Virus record (IMG/VR): IMGVR_UViG_3300028591_000008
Coordinates: 1-64,000 of that record
Length of the DNA: 64,000 nucleotides
Direction: 5' to 3' (one strand)
Source: a virus
Taxonomy: Duplodnaviria; Caudoviricetes
The position numbers were made by a program, and so were the translations under genes. Of the stretch, positions 1 to 6,844 are shown piece after piece (positions within the stretch are counted from its first letter, which is position 1; each line of letters opens with the position of its first letter). The notes beneath the pieces were generated by a model that did not search any database, was not told where the DNA came from, and worked only from the letters and a program-made list of their open reading frames with translations.

Positions 1-92
1 TTTAGTGTCTATACTATATCACATTTTTGGAAATAATACAATAGTTTTTTTAGACGTTCTACGTCTAAGTTCTTTTTTGAGAAAACCGGGGA

Positions 93-410
93 TTACTCCC
101 CGGCCTTCTCCTTCTTCTTGGCCTCGGCCTTGGCCTTCTTTTCAGCGGCAGCCTTCTCGCGCTCGGCCTTCTTTTCGGCCTGCTCCTGGAGCTTCATCTG
201 GTAGTCGGTGCGCTCCTGCATACACTCGTCATAGTCTTTCTTGACGACTTTCACGACGATTTCCAGCACGCCCTCTTCGCCGTCCTCGACGATCGGCAGG
301 TTGCAGGAATTGGAAGTGACGAGGGCAACATCTTCGCCCTGTTCGGACAGGAAACCCATAATCTGGTTGATGTAACGGGCACGCGCGGCATTGGCAATAG
401 CAAGTTTCAT
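93..410 (-). CDS. Hypothetical early protein with K/A/E-rich coiled-coil tail
   Basis: AAGGAG RBS, own promoter, TAA stop inside a terminator hairpin. Confidence 0.85.
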   Translation of the reverse strand: MKLAIANAARARYINQIMGFLSEQGEDVALVTSNSCNLPIVEDGEEGVLEIVVKVVKKDYDECMQERTDYQMKLQEQAEKKAEREKAAAEKKAKAEAKKKEKAGE

Positions 411-554
411 TTGGTTTTATCTCCTTTCCTTTTGTGATTATAATATACCACACTTTTAGGAAGATTACAAGGGGGAGACTTAGACGTTCCACGTCTAAAT
501 TCGATTTTGGAGAAACTTCACCACATTAAAGTAGTGAAGTCTCTCTTTTGGGAT

Positions 555-1304
555 TTAACGAAGAGTAATTTCCGTTTTGTCCTTATTGATACGGATTTTT
601 GTATAATCGAAATAATAGTCCGTTTGTTCTGCCGTCTTGATATGCAAAGTCTTTTCTACTTTGCGTTCAATGGAACGCTTCGCCATATATTCGCCGGAGA
701 AGTCCGCGCCGTTATCAATACACGCGAAAAGAATCTCCGTTTCAATCTCCGCGTCATTCAATGCCGTATGCGCTTCAATGAAGTCCGTATCATTGAAGAT
801 ATAACGGTAAACCGTTTCGGCGGTGGTGGAATAGTTACCAGTCTCCGTATAATAACTGTTTTCATCACAGAACGCTTTATATATATCATCAATGAGAGAA
901 GCATGAACAAAACCGCGAATATCCTTTACCGGGATATTGTCAAACGGATTGTTACATTTGTACCAGTCACAGTTAAAAGCGAAAACTTTCTCATCGAAAG
1001 AAGAATTGAAAGCATACGCAATCTCAACAGAGAGATTCTTGAAGTCCCGAATCATCTGCTGGCAGATGTAACCGAACTTGTCCATAACAGTAGTGCGGGC
1101 GCGCATTGCGGCGACATACAAAGGACGCTTGTCCGCGTAGTATGCAGACTGAAAAAGCGGGAGATTGTGCCACACTTGTTCCACAACAAAGGAACGGCGG
1201 CAGAGAATCGCGCGGGATTCCGTATCAGCAATGACATAGCCGATATTATAGCAAAAAGGCTTCTCCAAAGAAGTAGTTTCAGTGTCAAAAACGCAGATGT
1301 TCAT
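555..1304 (-). CDS. DEDDh-family 3'-5' exonuclease
   Basis: Motifs VFDTETT, AFNSSFD and HTALNDA; AAGGAG RBS. Confidence 0.88.
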   Translation of the reverse strand: MNICVFDTETTSLEKPFCYNIGYVIADTESRAILCRRSFVVEQVWHNLPLFQSAYYADKRPLYVAAMRARTTVMDKFGYICQQMIRDFKNLSVEIAYAFNSSFDEKVFAFNCDWYKCNNPFDNIPVKDIRGFVHASLIDDIYKAFCDENSYYTETGNYSTTAETVYRYIFNDTDFIEAHTALNDAEIETEILFACIDNGADFSGEYMAKRSIERKVEKTLHIKTAEQTDYYFDYTKIRINKDKTEITLR

Positions 1305-1449
1305 ATTCAGAACTCCTTTATATAGTGTTCAGTGGGAGTAACTTCTTTTCCCTCCTGACATTATGAATTATAGCAAAATTATAGGAGAAAGTCAAGAACT
1401 GGTTTTAGACGTTCCACGTCTAAGATGGATTTTGTGAAAAAGGGACTTT

Positions 1450-1878
1450 TTACAGTCCCTTTAATACGCTAAAGATTTCTTTTTCTGTATATGCTCCATC
1501 GCCCCACGCTTCCCGGTTATGCGCTTCATCGTCAAAAAGGATTCCGTTCCCGAAAAGCTCTTTCGGTGTGCCATAGGGGAGAATCTGGATGGAAGTGAAC
1601 TTGACCGAGTGCAAATGAGTTTCGAGCCATTCCTTTTTGACGGCGGCCACCGCTTTGTTATATGCGGCCGAGCCGTTGCGGCTGGTCCAGCTAATGACGT
1701 TGACGGTCCATCCGTCACGAATCAGCCGATTCAGAATCCGCGCCAGGGCCTGGAGATTGACGAGCGGGCGCGCCACAGCGTAGGGCCGCACATCTTCATG
1801 CAGAAGATCCTCTAACCAATTAGGGACGCCGTAAAGATCGGCAATTGTGCCGTCCATATCAAAGTAAATATTTTTCAT
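1450..1878 (-). CDS. HAD-superfamily 5'(3')-deoxyribonucleotidase-like phosphatase
   Basis: YFDMDGT (DxD motif I) and ILFDD (motif IV); start taken at MKNIYF after the RBS. Confidence 0.85.
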   Translation of the reverse strand: MKNIYFDMDGTIADLYGVPNWLEDLLHEDVRPYAVARPLVNLQALARILNRLIRDGWTVNVISWTSRNGSAAYNKAVAAVKKEWLETHLHSVKFTSIQILPYGTPKELFGNGILFDDEAHNREAWGDGAYTEKEIFSVLKGL

Positions 1879-2001
1879 ATTTTGTTTACCCCTTTCTCTA
1901 TCGTGATTAAAGTATATCATAATTTTCGGAGAATTGCAAGAGGAGACTTTAGACGTGAAACGTCTAAATTATATTTTGGGAGAGATTTTACTCTCCCATC
2001 T

Positions 2002-2220
2002 TTACATAAAAAGTATATAAAGAATAATGCCGCAAATAATAGGAAAGACACCATAACGGATGACTTGCACGATTGCAAAAATAGGATAAAAGAGCAGCCA
2101 AGGGCCATCTTCACGAGACATGCTCCAATTGCAAGTCATTAAATTCCATTCCCAATGTTTGGCAACACGTGCCATCGTCCACAAGAAGCACAGAATAATA
2201 ATTAAAAAAGTTTTATCCAT
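2002..2220 (-). CDS. Small membrane protein (about 2 TM segments)
   Basis: Hydrophobic N- and C-terminal stretches; AAGGAG RBS; own promoter. Confidence 0.75.
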   Translation of the reverse strand: MDKTFLIIILCFLWTMARVAKHWEWNLMTCNWSMSREDGPWLLFYPIFAIVQVIRYGVFPIICGIILYILFM

Positions 2221-2357
2221 TTGTTTTATCTCCTTTCTTACTGTATCTATATATTATCATAAATTTTGGGATTTGTCAAACCTCTATTTTAGACGTTGCA
2301 CGTCTAAACCCAAAAAATTACGAAACGGTAACATTTCTGTTACCGTTTCGATTTGGG

Positions 2358-2711
2358 TCACTCGGCCAGAGCCAGAGAGTAGATCACGCGACGCGTCTTG
2401 TCGATCTTGGCCTCGCGCTTGGTGATAACACCATTGGCCAGAAGCACCTTACAAGCGGCGGTCACCTGTCCCGGCGTGATGTTGAGCTGGGCGGCAATAC
2501 CGTCACGGGTGCAGACCTCGTGCGGATTGGTCAGGAAGAAGTTGCGGACAGCGTCCACACGGCCGGCGGCCTCGCGCTGTTCCTTGGTGGGGGTCGCCTT
2601 GCGCTTGGCGTTCTTCTCGTCCAGCTTCTGGATCAGAACGCGGCTGGCCTCGTCCATGGAATCGGAAATGTGAGCGTCAAGAACGGCCTGGAAGTACTCG
2701 CGAGTAGTCAT
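2358..2711 (-). CDS. MTTRE-type protein with C-terminal winged helix-turn-helix (paralog A)
   Basis: Start MTTREYF after AGAAAGGA; C-terminus TRDGIAAQLNITPGQVTAACKVL...RVIYSL; clearly similar to 2894-3232. Confidence 0.8.
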   Translation of the reverse strand: MTTREYFQAVLDAHISDSMDEASRVLIQKLDEKNAKRKATPTKEQREAAGRVDAVRNFFLTNPHEVCTRDGIAAQLNITPGQVTAACKVLLANGVITKREAKIDKTRRVIYSLALAE

Positions 2712-2893
2712 AGTTTTTTCCTTTCTGCGCGTTTGCGCTTGCGGTAGGTCGCAACCCTTATTTTTATTTTGTCCCTTTCCCTTGGGACAATTGTATATTA
2801 CCATACTTTCGGGAGAATTGCAATACCCTATTTTAGACGTTCCACGTCTAAATCGTAATTTTTTGAAAAGGGGAGATTTCTCTCCCCTTTCGG

Positions 2894-3232
2894 TCATGCG
2901 ATGGAGTAAGCGACCTTGCGCGCCTTGTCCACCTTGATTTCGGACTTGGCGACCAGTTCGCCCAGTGCCTTGCACGCGGCACCCGCCTGAGCGGGAGTCA
3001 TGTCGAGAACTCCGGCGATGGTGTCACGGGTCACGGGTTCGGTCTGCTCCTTGAGGAAGGCAAGGACAGCTTCACGGCGAGCCGCAGCCTCCTTCTTCTC
3101 CTTCGTCTCCGTGCCCTTGCGCTTCTCATTCTTTGCGTCGAGCGCGGCGATCAGCTCGGCGGCCTTCTCGGTCAGCTCGGCAGGCAGGTTCTCAGCGTTG
3201 ACGATAGCGGTGTAGAATTCACGAGTGGTCAT
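2894..3232 (-). CDS. MTTRE-type protein with C-terminal winged helix-turn-helix (paralog B)
   Basis: Start MTTREFY after AGAAAGGA; TRDTIAGVLDMTPAQAGAACKAL...KVAYSIA. Confidence 0.8.
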   Translation of the reverse strand: MTTREFYTAIVNAENLPAELTEKAAELIAALDAKNEKRKGTETKEKKEAAARREAVLAFLKEQTEPVTRDTIAGVLDMTPAQAGAACKALGELVAKSEIKVDKARKVAYSIA

Positions 3233-3414
3233 TGTATGGTCCTTTCTGCACATTAGTGCCACGGCGTTTGGTCGCCACCCTTATTTATTGCCGGGGTTCC
3301 TTTCCCCCTTGCAAGTATAATATAACACAATGGTTGGAGAATTGCAAGAGGGGAACTTAGACGTTACACGTCTAAATGGACTTTTATGAAAAAAACGGGA
3401 GAAAATCTCCCGTT

Positions 3415-3594
3415 TTAACTAAATGGCAAAAAATTTGGAGCAAAAGCGAGAATAGCAAGCGCGCAGAAGAGAAGACCGAAGAAAGTCATAGAACCTACCC
3501 ACGCTTCAAAAAAGTCGGCGTCTTTTTGATGCCATAGCCACCATCCACCGAGAGACATGATGACGAGAATCAGTGCGATAAGATATTTACTCAT
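3415..3594 (-). CDS. Small 2-TM membrane protein
   Basis: MSKYLIALILVIMSLGGWWLW...FFGLLFCALAILAF; GAGG RBS inside the end of the upstream gene. Confidence 0.7.
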   Translation of the reverse strand: MSKYLIALILVIMSLGGWWLWHQKDADFFEAWVGSMTFFGLLFCALAILAFAPNFLPFS

Positions 3595-3595
3595 T

Positions 3596-3796
3596 TCAAT
3601 CCTCTCTTGCGCATCCGCTACAGTAACAGTGGCCATCGTCGTCGATCAATGCGGACGGTGACGACATTGTCATGCCGCAACATGTGCACGCCACGATCAT
3701 CGGCAGACCGTTCTCAGAAAACCAACTTCCGGGAATGGAGTCGTGCGGCATTTCCAGACCGAGATCCTGTTCAACAAAATTTCTGAAATTTTTCAT
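3596..3796 (-). CDS. Small zinc-ribbon protein
   Basis: CTCC...CYCSGC; AAGGAG RBS. Confidence 0.75.
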   Translation of the reverse strand: MKNFRNFVEQDLGLEMPHDSIPGSWFSENGLPMIVACTCCGMTMSSPSALIDDDGHCYCSGCARED

Positions 3797-3915
3797 TTTG
3801 GGAATCTCCTTTCCTTTTGTAAGTATATATTACTATATTTTTCAGAAAATTGCAAGAACTGTCTTAGACGTTCCACGTCTAAACCTAATTTTGGGAGAAA
3901 ATTTCTCCCAAAACT

Positions 3916-4152
3916 TTAGTGGATTTGCCGCACGAAAAATTCTTTGATAATTTCGCCGGTTTCCCAACTGGTTTCGGCATACGTTACGCCGCCGTCGATG
4001 TACTCAACGACGTGGAGATCGTTACCACGGAAAAGATGCGCAGCGCACAGCTCACGAGCTTCGTCAAAGCTCTGGCACGGGGCGCCGATATACCGGTCGC
4101 GGAGATACGGATCGTCAACAAGGTGATTGCGCTCAACAACAGAAATAATCAT
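3916..4152 (-). CDS. Hypothetical early protein
   Basis: AGGGGG RBS, own promoter and terminator. Confidence 0.7.
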   Translation of the reverse strand: MIISVVERNHLVDDPYLRDRYIGAPCQSFDEARELCAAHLFRGNDLHVVEYIDGGVTYAETSWETGEIIKEFFVRQIH

Positions 4153-4284
4153 TTTTTAATCCCCCTAAAAAGTTTTTTGTTTGTTCCCTTGGAACGATTA
4201 TATATTACTATATTTTTGGGAGTTTGTCAACGGTCAAACTTAGACGTAACACGTCTAAAAAGAAAAATGGGAGAAAATCTCCCA

Positions 4285-4470
4285 TTACCAACCAAAATCA
4301 AAACGGTCTTCCCAATATACCAGAAAAGAAAAATCAGGATCAACAATGCCGACTGAAAAAGTCGCATCTTCAGTCCACAAAAATTCTACTTCTTCTTCGA
4401 CTTCTTCTTTTGTATCGAAAATGAGTTCTTCGATGCAACCATTGTCGTATTCAATAATAAGTTTATACAT
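4285..4470 (-). CDS. Small, very acidic hypothetical protein
   Basis: GGAGG RBS before MYKLIIEY; E/D-rich. Confidence 0.72.
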   Translation of the reverse strand: MYKLIIEYDNGCIEELIFDTKEEVEEEVEFLWTEDATFSVGIVDPDFSFLVYWEDRFDFGW

Positions 4471-4567
4471 TTTGGAAACCTCCATTTCTTTTGTAACTAT
4501 AATATATCACTTTTTGGAATAAAAGTCAATCCTCTGAATTTAGACGTTTTACGTCTAAACTATTTCT

Positions 4568-4762
4568 GAAAAAAAATGGCGGGACGTCCGGAGGTAAAAG
4601 ACGTTGCCCGCCCCGTCGTATCAATTTTAGGAGAGTTTCGGGAAGTGACAGAAGGCATTAAGTTTATCACTCGACTTTTTGGAGAATTTCTTATCCTTTT
4701 CTGCACTTACCGGCGTTCTTATTTCGGTTGCCCTACTTTGTCCGCCCGACTTCCCTCTCTGT
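4568..4762 (-). ncRNA. Putative ~190-nt structured non-coding RNA
   Basis: Palindrome-promoter unit 11 has no ORF with a clear RBS. The 5' end GAGAGGGAAGU pairs with ACUUCCCGAAACUCUC (4631-4646). It ends in a GGCGGG..ACGUC/GACGUCCCGCC hairpin plus U8. Confidence 0.6.
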
Positions 4763-4845
4763 GATTATAATATACTACTATTTTGGGAGAATGTCAATTC
4801 CTCGTTTTAGACGTCACACGTCTAAATCTACTTTTGGGAGAAAAA

Positions 4846-4995
4846 TTATTCTCCCAAAAACACGTCTCGACTTCGCCAGAATTTTAGATCTTCATCTTCA
4901 TACTTTTCTTTTTCTCTAATTGCTTTCACGAGAAAATAAATAGAGAAAATAATTACCAGACTTACCAGTACTCCCCAGCTCACCGGATTATCCAT
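4846..4995 (-). CDS. 49-aa single-TM peptide (not in ORF track)
   Basis: MDNPVSWGVLVSLVIIFSIYFLVKAIREKEKYEDEDLKFWRSRDVFLGE; AAGGAG RBS; promoter TTGCAA-17-TATAAT at 5026-5054; TAA inside a terminator hairpin. Confidence 0.75.
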   Translation of the reverse strand: MDNPVSWGVLVSLVIIFSIYFLVKAIREKEKYEDEDLKFWRSRDVFLGE

Positions 4996-5059
4996 TTCCA
5001 GCTTCTCCTTTCATTTTCTATATATATTATATCACGAATTTTTATAGCTTGCAAGTTTT

Positions 5060-5181
5060 GGATTGAGCCGCAGCTTACAGCTTTTGTGCGTTTGCGAGGT
5101 ATATCGCTTGCGTGGGGATTCGCGGCGCTGCGCTGCAGGGATAGTGGCTGATTGCCCGCTCTTGTCTATCCCTTGCCCACT
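5060..5181 (-). ncRNA. Putative ~120-nt structured non-coding RNA or leader
   Basis: Follows promoter TTGACC-17-TATAAT (5188-5216); no ORF or RBS. Stem AGGGAUAG/CUAUCCCU, plus nested GCAGC/GCUGC and GCAGC/GCUGU stems enclosing two small hairpins. Confidence 0.5.
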
Positions 5182-5343
5182 ATGGATATTATACCACTAT
5201 CGGCGGCCGCGGTCAAGCGACAGACTTAGACGTGCCACACGTCTAAGTCGGTTGCATACAATTGGTTATACATATCTAACTCAAACACGTCTAAATTGAT
5301 TGTATGTAATCAGTTAGATATGTCTAACTACTAAGCAAGAAGT

Positions 5344-5365
5344 AAAGCAAGTAATACTTGCTTTA
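5344..5365 (-). terminator. Hairpin after the 5366 gene
   Basis: AAAGCAAGTA-A-TACTTGCTTT inverted repeat right after the stop codons. Confidence 0.55.
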
Positions 5366-5548
5366 TCATTCACAACTACTTTTATATTCATTATACGCGT
5401 CAAGTATAGACTCCCAACTACTATGAGCACATGGGGCGCTGCCGTAGGCATTCAGATTCCAAGCTTGAGCAGTATTCAATTTGCCCTTGCTTTCAAAGCG
5501 TTTCTTGTCTTTCTGCGCTTGTCTATCCAGCTCTTCCATGTAGCTCAT
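5366..5548 (-). CDS. Hypothetical protein
   Basis: GAGGAG RBS before MSYMEEL. Confidence 0.7.
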   Translation of the reverse strand: MSYMEELDRQAQKDKKRFESKGKLNTAQAWNLNAYGSAPCAHSSWESILDAYNEYKSSCE

Positions 5549-5582
5549 TTTTATATCTCCTCTCTTTTGTATGGAGGGCTTT

Positions 5583-5780
5583 TCAGCCCTCCACAAAGAA
5601 CCGTTCGAAGTAGTTTCGAGTATATCCGCTCTCAGTAGAAGCGGGATACAGCTTGCCATCAACTTCCAAATCCCACCAGCTATTCAGCCGAAAGAATATA
5701 CTGTGCATCTCTTCAGCGTTTGTAACGCCGATACGGATACCGGTCTCAGGGACGGTGATAATTCTCATTGTAGTTTTCAT
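5583..5780 (-). CDS. Hypothetical protein
   Basis: AGGAGG RBS; lies directly downstream of the hammerhead-like element. Confidence 0.75.
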   Translation of the reverse strand: MKTTMRIITVPETGIRIGVTNAEEMHSIFFRLNSWWDLEVDGKLYPASTESGYTRNYFERFFVEG

Positions 5781-5807
5781 TTTTGTAACCTCCTGTAATC
5801 AATTTGT

Positions 5808-5857
5808 AGCGGTTTCGCTCTTGCTTATCAGCGTCGGACTTTTACCGACGGACCGCC
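5808..5857 (-). ncRNA. Type III hammerhead ribozyme-like element (variant core CUGAUAA)
   Basis: Minus strand reads GCGG-UC-CGUCGG-UAAAAGU-CCGACG-CUGAUAA-GC-AAGA-GC-GAAA-CCGC: stem III, GUC cleavage triplet, stem I, core, short stem II, GAAA, stem III'. Confidence 0.8.
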
Positions 5858-5872
5858 CGGGCCGACGGGGAA

Positions 5873-6346
5873 TCATTCCCCGTCGAACCATTCCTCTAAG
5901 GTCATAAGACTGTTTTCATACAGGGCGTCCAACAGCTTGAAGTATTTAGCGCCGTGCGGCTTATTCAACTTATTGTTCCAAAAAGTCTGAATCGTAACCT
6001 TGTGTTGTCCGGAAGTGCTAACCTTTTCACGAATCAGCCCACAGCTTTCAAGGCATTCCAGAAAAGTCACACGATCAAGAATAAAGCCCTCTTGAGCCGT
6101 CACGGGTAAAGCCGGATTGACAACTGGGACATAGATAACAAGGGAAACGCCCTTGACCAACTTTTCGCCGTAGTTGCCAAGCTCACCCGCGGCCGTCTTG
6201 ACTTCATAATTCTTGTACGCTTTGCGGAAGTCTACGCGTCCTTGCTTGGAAACAACAGCTTTCCGATTAAAAGCGGCCTTTAAGTCACGTTCAAAGGTTT
6301 TACCATTAGCGCCGCTATCCGTCATTTTATAACCATAATCAGTCAT
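5873..6346 (-). CDS. PD-(D/E)xK restriction-endonuclease-fold protein
   Basis: GKTFE...VDF...YEVKT pattern; AGGAGG RBS. Confidence 0.6.
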   Translation of the reverse strand: MTDYGYKMTDSGANGKTFERDLKAAFNRKAVVSKQGRVDFRKAYKNYEVKTAAGELGNYGEKLVKGVSLVIYVPVVNPALPVTAQEGFILDRVTFLECLESCGLIREKVSTSGQHKVTIQTFWNNKLNKPHGAKYFKLLDALYENSLMTLEEWFDGE

Positions 6347-6581
6347 TTTGTTACCTCCTAATCAATACTTTTAATATAGCTTATTTACTCTTATTTGCTT
6401 GCCTTTAGACGCTTGCGCTCTTCACGCGGCCACCATGGGCAGAGGCTTTTCTTACTATGTTCAGTTTTGACGGTTTATACTGTTTGTTACCGGATTGTAA
6501 CAAGTCCAGTCTTTACAACAAGGGTATCACTTAAGATCTTGGCCCGCTCATATCGTGGCTTGGCTTCCCCGATCTGACTAT

Positions 6582-6610
6582 AATATAGCACATGGAAAAA
6601 CAAATTACAA
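6582..6610 (-). promoter_or_regulatory. Sigma-A promoter heading the early region (no palindrome), with ~230-nt untranslated leader
   Basis: TTGTAA-17-TATATT with TG extension. Confidence 0.7.
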
Positions 6611-6804
6611 GCCCTATTTTTCAAAAAGACGGCTAAAAAATTACTTTTGTCATTTTGCACAAAAATAGGGGCGGGGTGCTTCTGGGATTTATGCAAAATG
6701 ACGAAGGCTCAAGTCGGGACCCCTGGCTACAATTCCTACCGAAATAAAAATTACAATTCCCACAGAAATAAAAATCCCTTTCTTATATTTCCCCTCCCCC
6801 TCAT

Positions 6805-6818
6805 CTACTTAAATATAG
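6805..6818 (+). promoter_or_regulatory. Candidate phage late-promoter motif CTACTTAANNATAG
   Basis: CTACTTAAATATAG here and CTACTTAAGAATAG at 30096-30109; both intergenic, upstream of late genes that have no obvious sigma-A promoter. Confidence 0.45.
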
Positions 6819-6844
6819 AAAAATATGTACAGGAGGTACTTTAA

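Larger units (their letters stand above)
13..5216 (-). promoter_or_regulatory. Set of 12 sigma-A-type early promoters coupled to the palindrome
   Basis: -35 hexamers (TTGACA/TTGCAA/TTGACT/TTGTAA/TTGACC/TTGTAT) at 36-41, 465-470, 1390-1395, 1934-1939, 2274-2279, 2818-2823, 3342-3347, 3850-3855, 4225-4230, 4524-4529, 4792-4797 and 5211-5216. Each is followed by ~17 nt and a TATAAT/TATATT-like -10. Confidence 0.88.
50..5246. repeat. 12 copies of the palindrome TTAGACGT-N3-ACGTCTAA, each directly upstream of a minus-strand promoter
   Basis: Copies start at 50, 480, 1405, 1949, 2289, 2833, 3357, 3864, 4240, 4540, 4807 and 5226. The 8-bp arms are invariant and the 3-nt centre varies. The last copy has a 5-nt centre, or can be read as 12-bp arms GACTTAGACGTG-CCA-CACGTCTAAGTC. 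Not seen after 5.3 kb. Confidence 0.97.

Noticed and set aside
507-1325. 272-aa plus-strand ORF
   Set aside because: Antisense shadow of the exonuclease gene, with no RBS or motifs.
2712-2975. N-terminal extension of the 205-aa track ORF 2358-2975
   Set aside because: It runs through a terminator, palindrome and promoter; the RBS and the paralog support a start at 2711.
50-5246. Palindrome array as a CRISPR array
   Set aside because: The intervals are 270-925 bp and contain genes and promoters; the repeats are 19 bp; no cas genes are seen.
50-5246. Classical integron attC or dif sites
   Set aside because: No GTTRRRY/RYYYAAC cores or XerC/D 11-6-11 layout, and no recombinase in the window; the cassettes carry their own promoters.
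4560-6600. tRNA (including an amber suppressor) among the GC-rich intergenic hairpins
   Set aside because: No cloverleaf with T-loop GTTCRA and D-loop pattern was found by eye; tRNAscan-SE/ARAGORN would settle it.
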